Of a stretch of 39,413 nucleotides of DNA, positions 37,940 through 39,413 are shown piece by piece (the first letter of the stretch is position 1; every line of letters begins with the position of its first letter). Location of the stretch: NCBI GenBank assembly GCA_003344405.1, contig NOWV01000176.1, forward strand, positions 124,001 to 163,413, in the 5' to 3' direction. Below the pieces are notes generated by a model. The model made no database searches. It was not told the DNA's origin and was given only the letters and a program-made list of their open reading frames with translations. This DNA is from Trichoplax sp. H2. Taxonomy: Eukaryota. The position numbers and the translations under genes were made by a program.

Positions 37940-38450
37940 ATTTCGTGAGATGTCTACCTATCCGAAATATATAGAACGTTCATTTAAATTGCAATAATTA
38001 CAAATTATATCTGCATCCGTCGATCTATTAAATTACGTGAATATGCAGATCATAAATAGAGGTTTTCTTTTGCACTAAATAATCTGCTTTACTAGCAGAA
38101 ATGCCAAATAAAGTATCTGCTTCCGAAAAATTTTGGTCATATAAAATAGAGCACCTTTTCATGCTTCATGAAGTAGGATATACAGTAAATGTTATAATAA
38201 ATCATCGTGTTATTAAAATGCCTTACAAGGATAGGCATAATTATTAAAATTAGCGCCAGGATTATTCCATTTGAGCTTTCTACCTTTGCATTAATTTTGC
38301 TACAGTTACAACATATGTAAAATAGAACAGCAAATACAAAATTGATGAAAAATATCAAAGTTGTTATGGCAGTAGAATATAGTATAACAAGTTCAGCATT
38401 CATTTATCAACGGCAATCGTATAGAATTTTGCAGATGAAATTTTTTTCTT
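37940..38450 (-). pseudogene. Decayed BTB-BACK gene copy K9
   Basis: ORF 38137-38403 reads FVFAVLFYI..KINAKV..IILALILIIMPILVRHF..NIYCISY (BTB end). In a shifted frame it continues MKRCSILYDQNFSEA (BACK C..FI..NF.EV) and NYCNLNERSIYF. Confidence 0.5.
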
Positions 38451-38479
38451 TTCCATTATATTATTAGAAATCTTTTGGA

Positions 38480-39413
38480 AGAGATTTTATTAATGTCTTT
38501 ATGTTTATCGTTGCGATAAGATCATGCATGGTACATTTAAACTAATTTTTGTGGCTGGAAATACATTGCTCTTAATACTCTAAGAACTTTTATTAGCGGT
38601 GTACTCTAAAATTTGTCCTATAATAAAACTAAATAACATAAATTAAGTTCATTTTTTGTAGCTTTAAATTTCTCATTTCTAACTCTAAAGGAGCTTTCAT
38701 GAATGCCCAATAATTATTGCCCATGTTGTCATCACTCTCATATAATCATCCAGTGTTGAATTGATTTTCTGGAAGTGTAAAGTTCTTGCTCTTCATTCTC
38801 TAAGAGCATTGGTCAATACTCACATTTAAACTACTGTGATACGATCAAAGAGTATTAAATTATATTAGTTTTCTGAAGCTAAAAAATTCTTGCTGTTAAT
38901 TCTATACCGGCTTTTCATGAATGCCTGTATTGTCGTAATAGAATCAAGCAGTATTAATTAAATTGATTCTCTTTATAAGTGCAAATTTCTTGCTTTTGAT
39001 CTTTTAAAAACTTTATGAATGTCCTTCTTTCACCACCGTTATATCATCGTAAAATATTTAATTAAATTGTTTTTCTGTCGCTGAAAGTTTCTTACGATTA
39101 ATTCTAGAAGAGCCTTTATGATTGCCTGTATTTCTTATCGTCGTGATAGAATCATGCCCTTTAAAATAAGTAAGCATTCTATCCCTGCAAATTTGTTTCT
39201 CTTCATTGTATAACCATCGGTCTTACTCTCATCATAGCGATCTACTGTAATCATACAATGTTAAATTGATTTTTTGTAGCAGAAAATTTTTTTCCTGTTA
39301 ATTCTATATGACCTTTGTTAAATGCCTGAGTTGTTGTTGTGATAGAATCAAGCAGTATTAAATTGAATCGATTTTTCATTAACTGCAAATCTCCCTTCTT
39401 TCCATCACTGACA
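38480..39413. repeat. Diverged tandem repeat, about 100-bp monomer / 200-220-bp dimer, running off the window end
   Basis: cttt.at(g)aatgcc recurs at about 38695, 38912, 39114 and 39313, and ttaaattgattt..aaatttcttgct blocks recur about every 100 bp. Confidence 0.8.

Noticed and set aside
38480-39413. Repeat array as LRR-coding exons
   Set aside because: Unit lengths vary and are not frame-preserving, stops are frequent, and there is no consistent LxxLxLxxN register.

Overview
AT-rich (about 30% GC by eye), intron-containing animal genomic DNA with two 20-N scaffold gaps. The style fits a compact early-branching metazoan such as a placozoan, which is an inference. The core is a tandem array of three intact, same-strand (-) 7-exon genes of the ADP-ribosyl cyclase / CD38 / BST1 family (11448-16645, 20576-23548, 29707-32775). 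I reconstructed them exon by exon with GT-AG introns and consistent phases. All three keep the 10 core cysteines and the catalytic Glu. Each has an N-terminal signal peptide plus a C-terminal transmembrane helix and cytoplasmic tail, i.e. a predicted type I topology unlike CD38 (type II), BST1 (GPI-anchored) or the soluble Aplysia cyclase. Their active-site motifs differ between paralogues. Much of the surrounding 'intergenic' DNA appears to consist of up to nine heavily decayed BTB-BACK(-Kelch) gene copies, all on the minus strand and interleaved with the cyclase genes. The window also contains an exon of a SnoaL/DUF4440-like gene, several solo-LTR-like elements (one with a perfect 5-bp TSD), an apparent heterozygous LTR insertion captured between the gaps, and many diverged 100-220 bp tandem repeat arrays. 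One array is a higher-order 164/328-bp repeat ending in an inverted unit.
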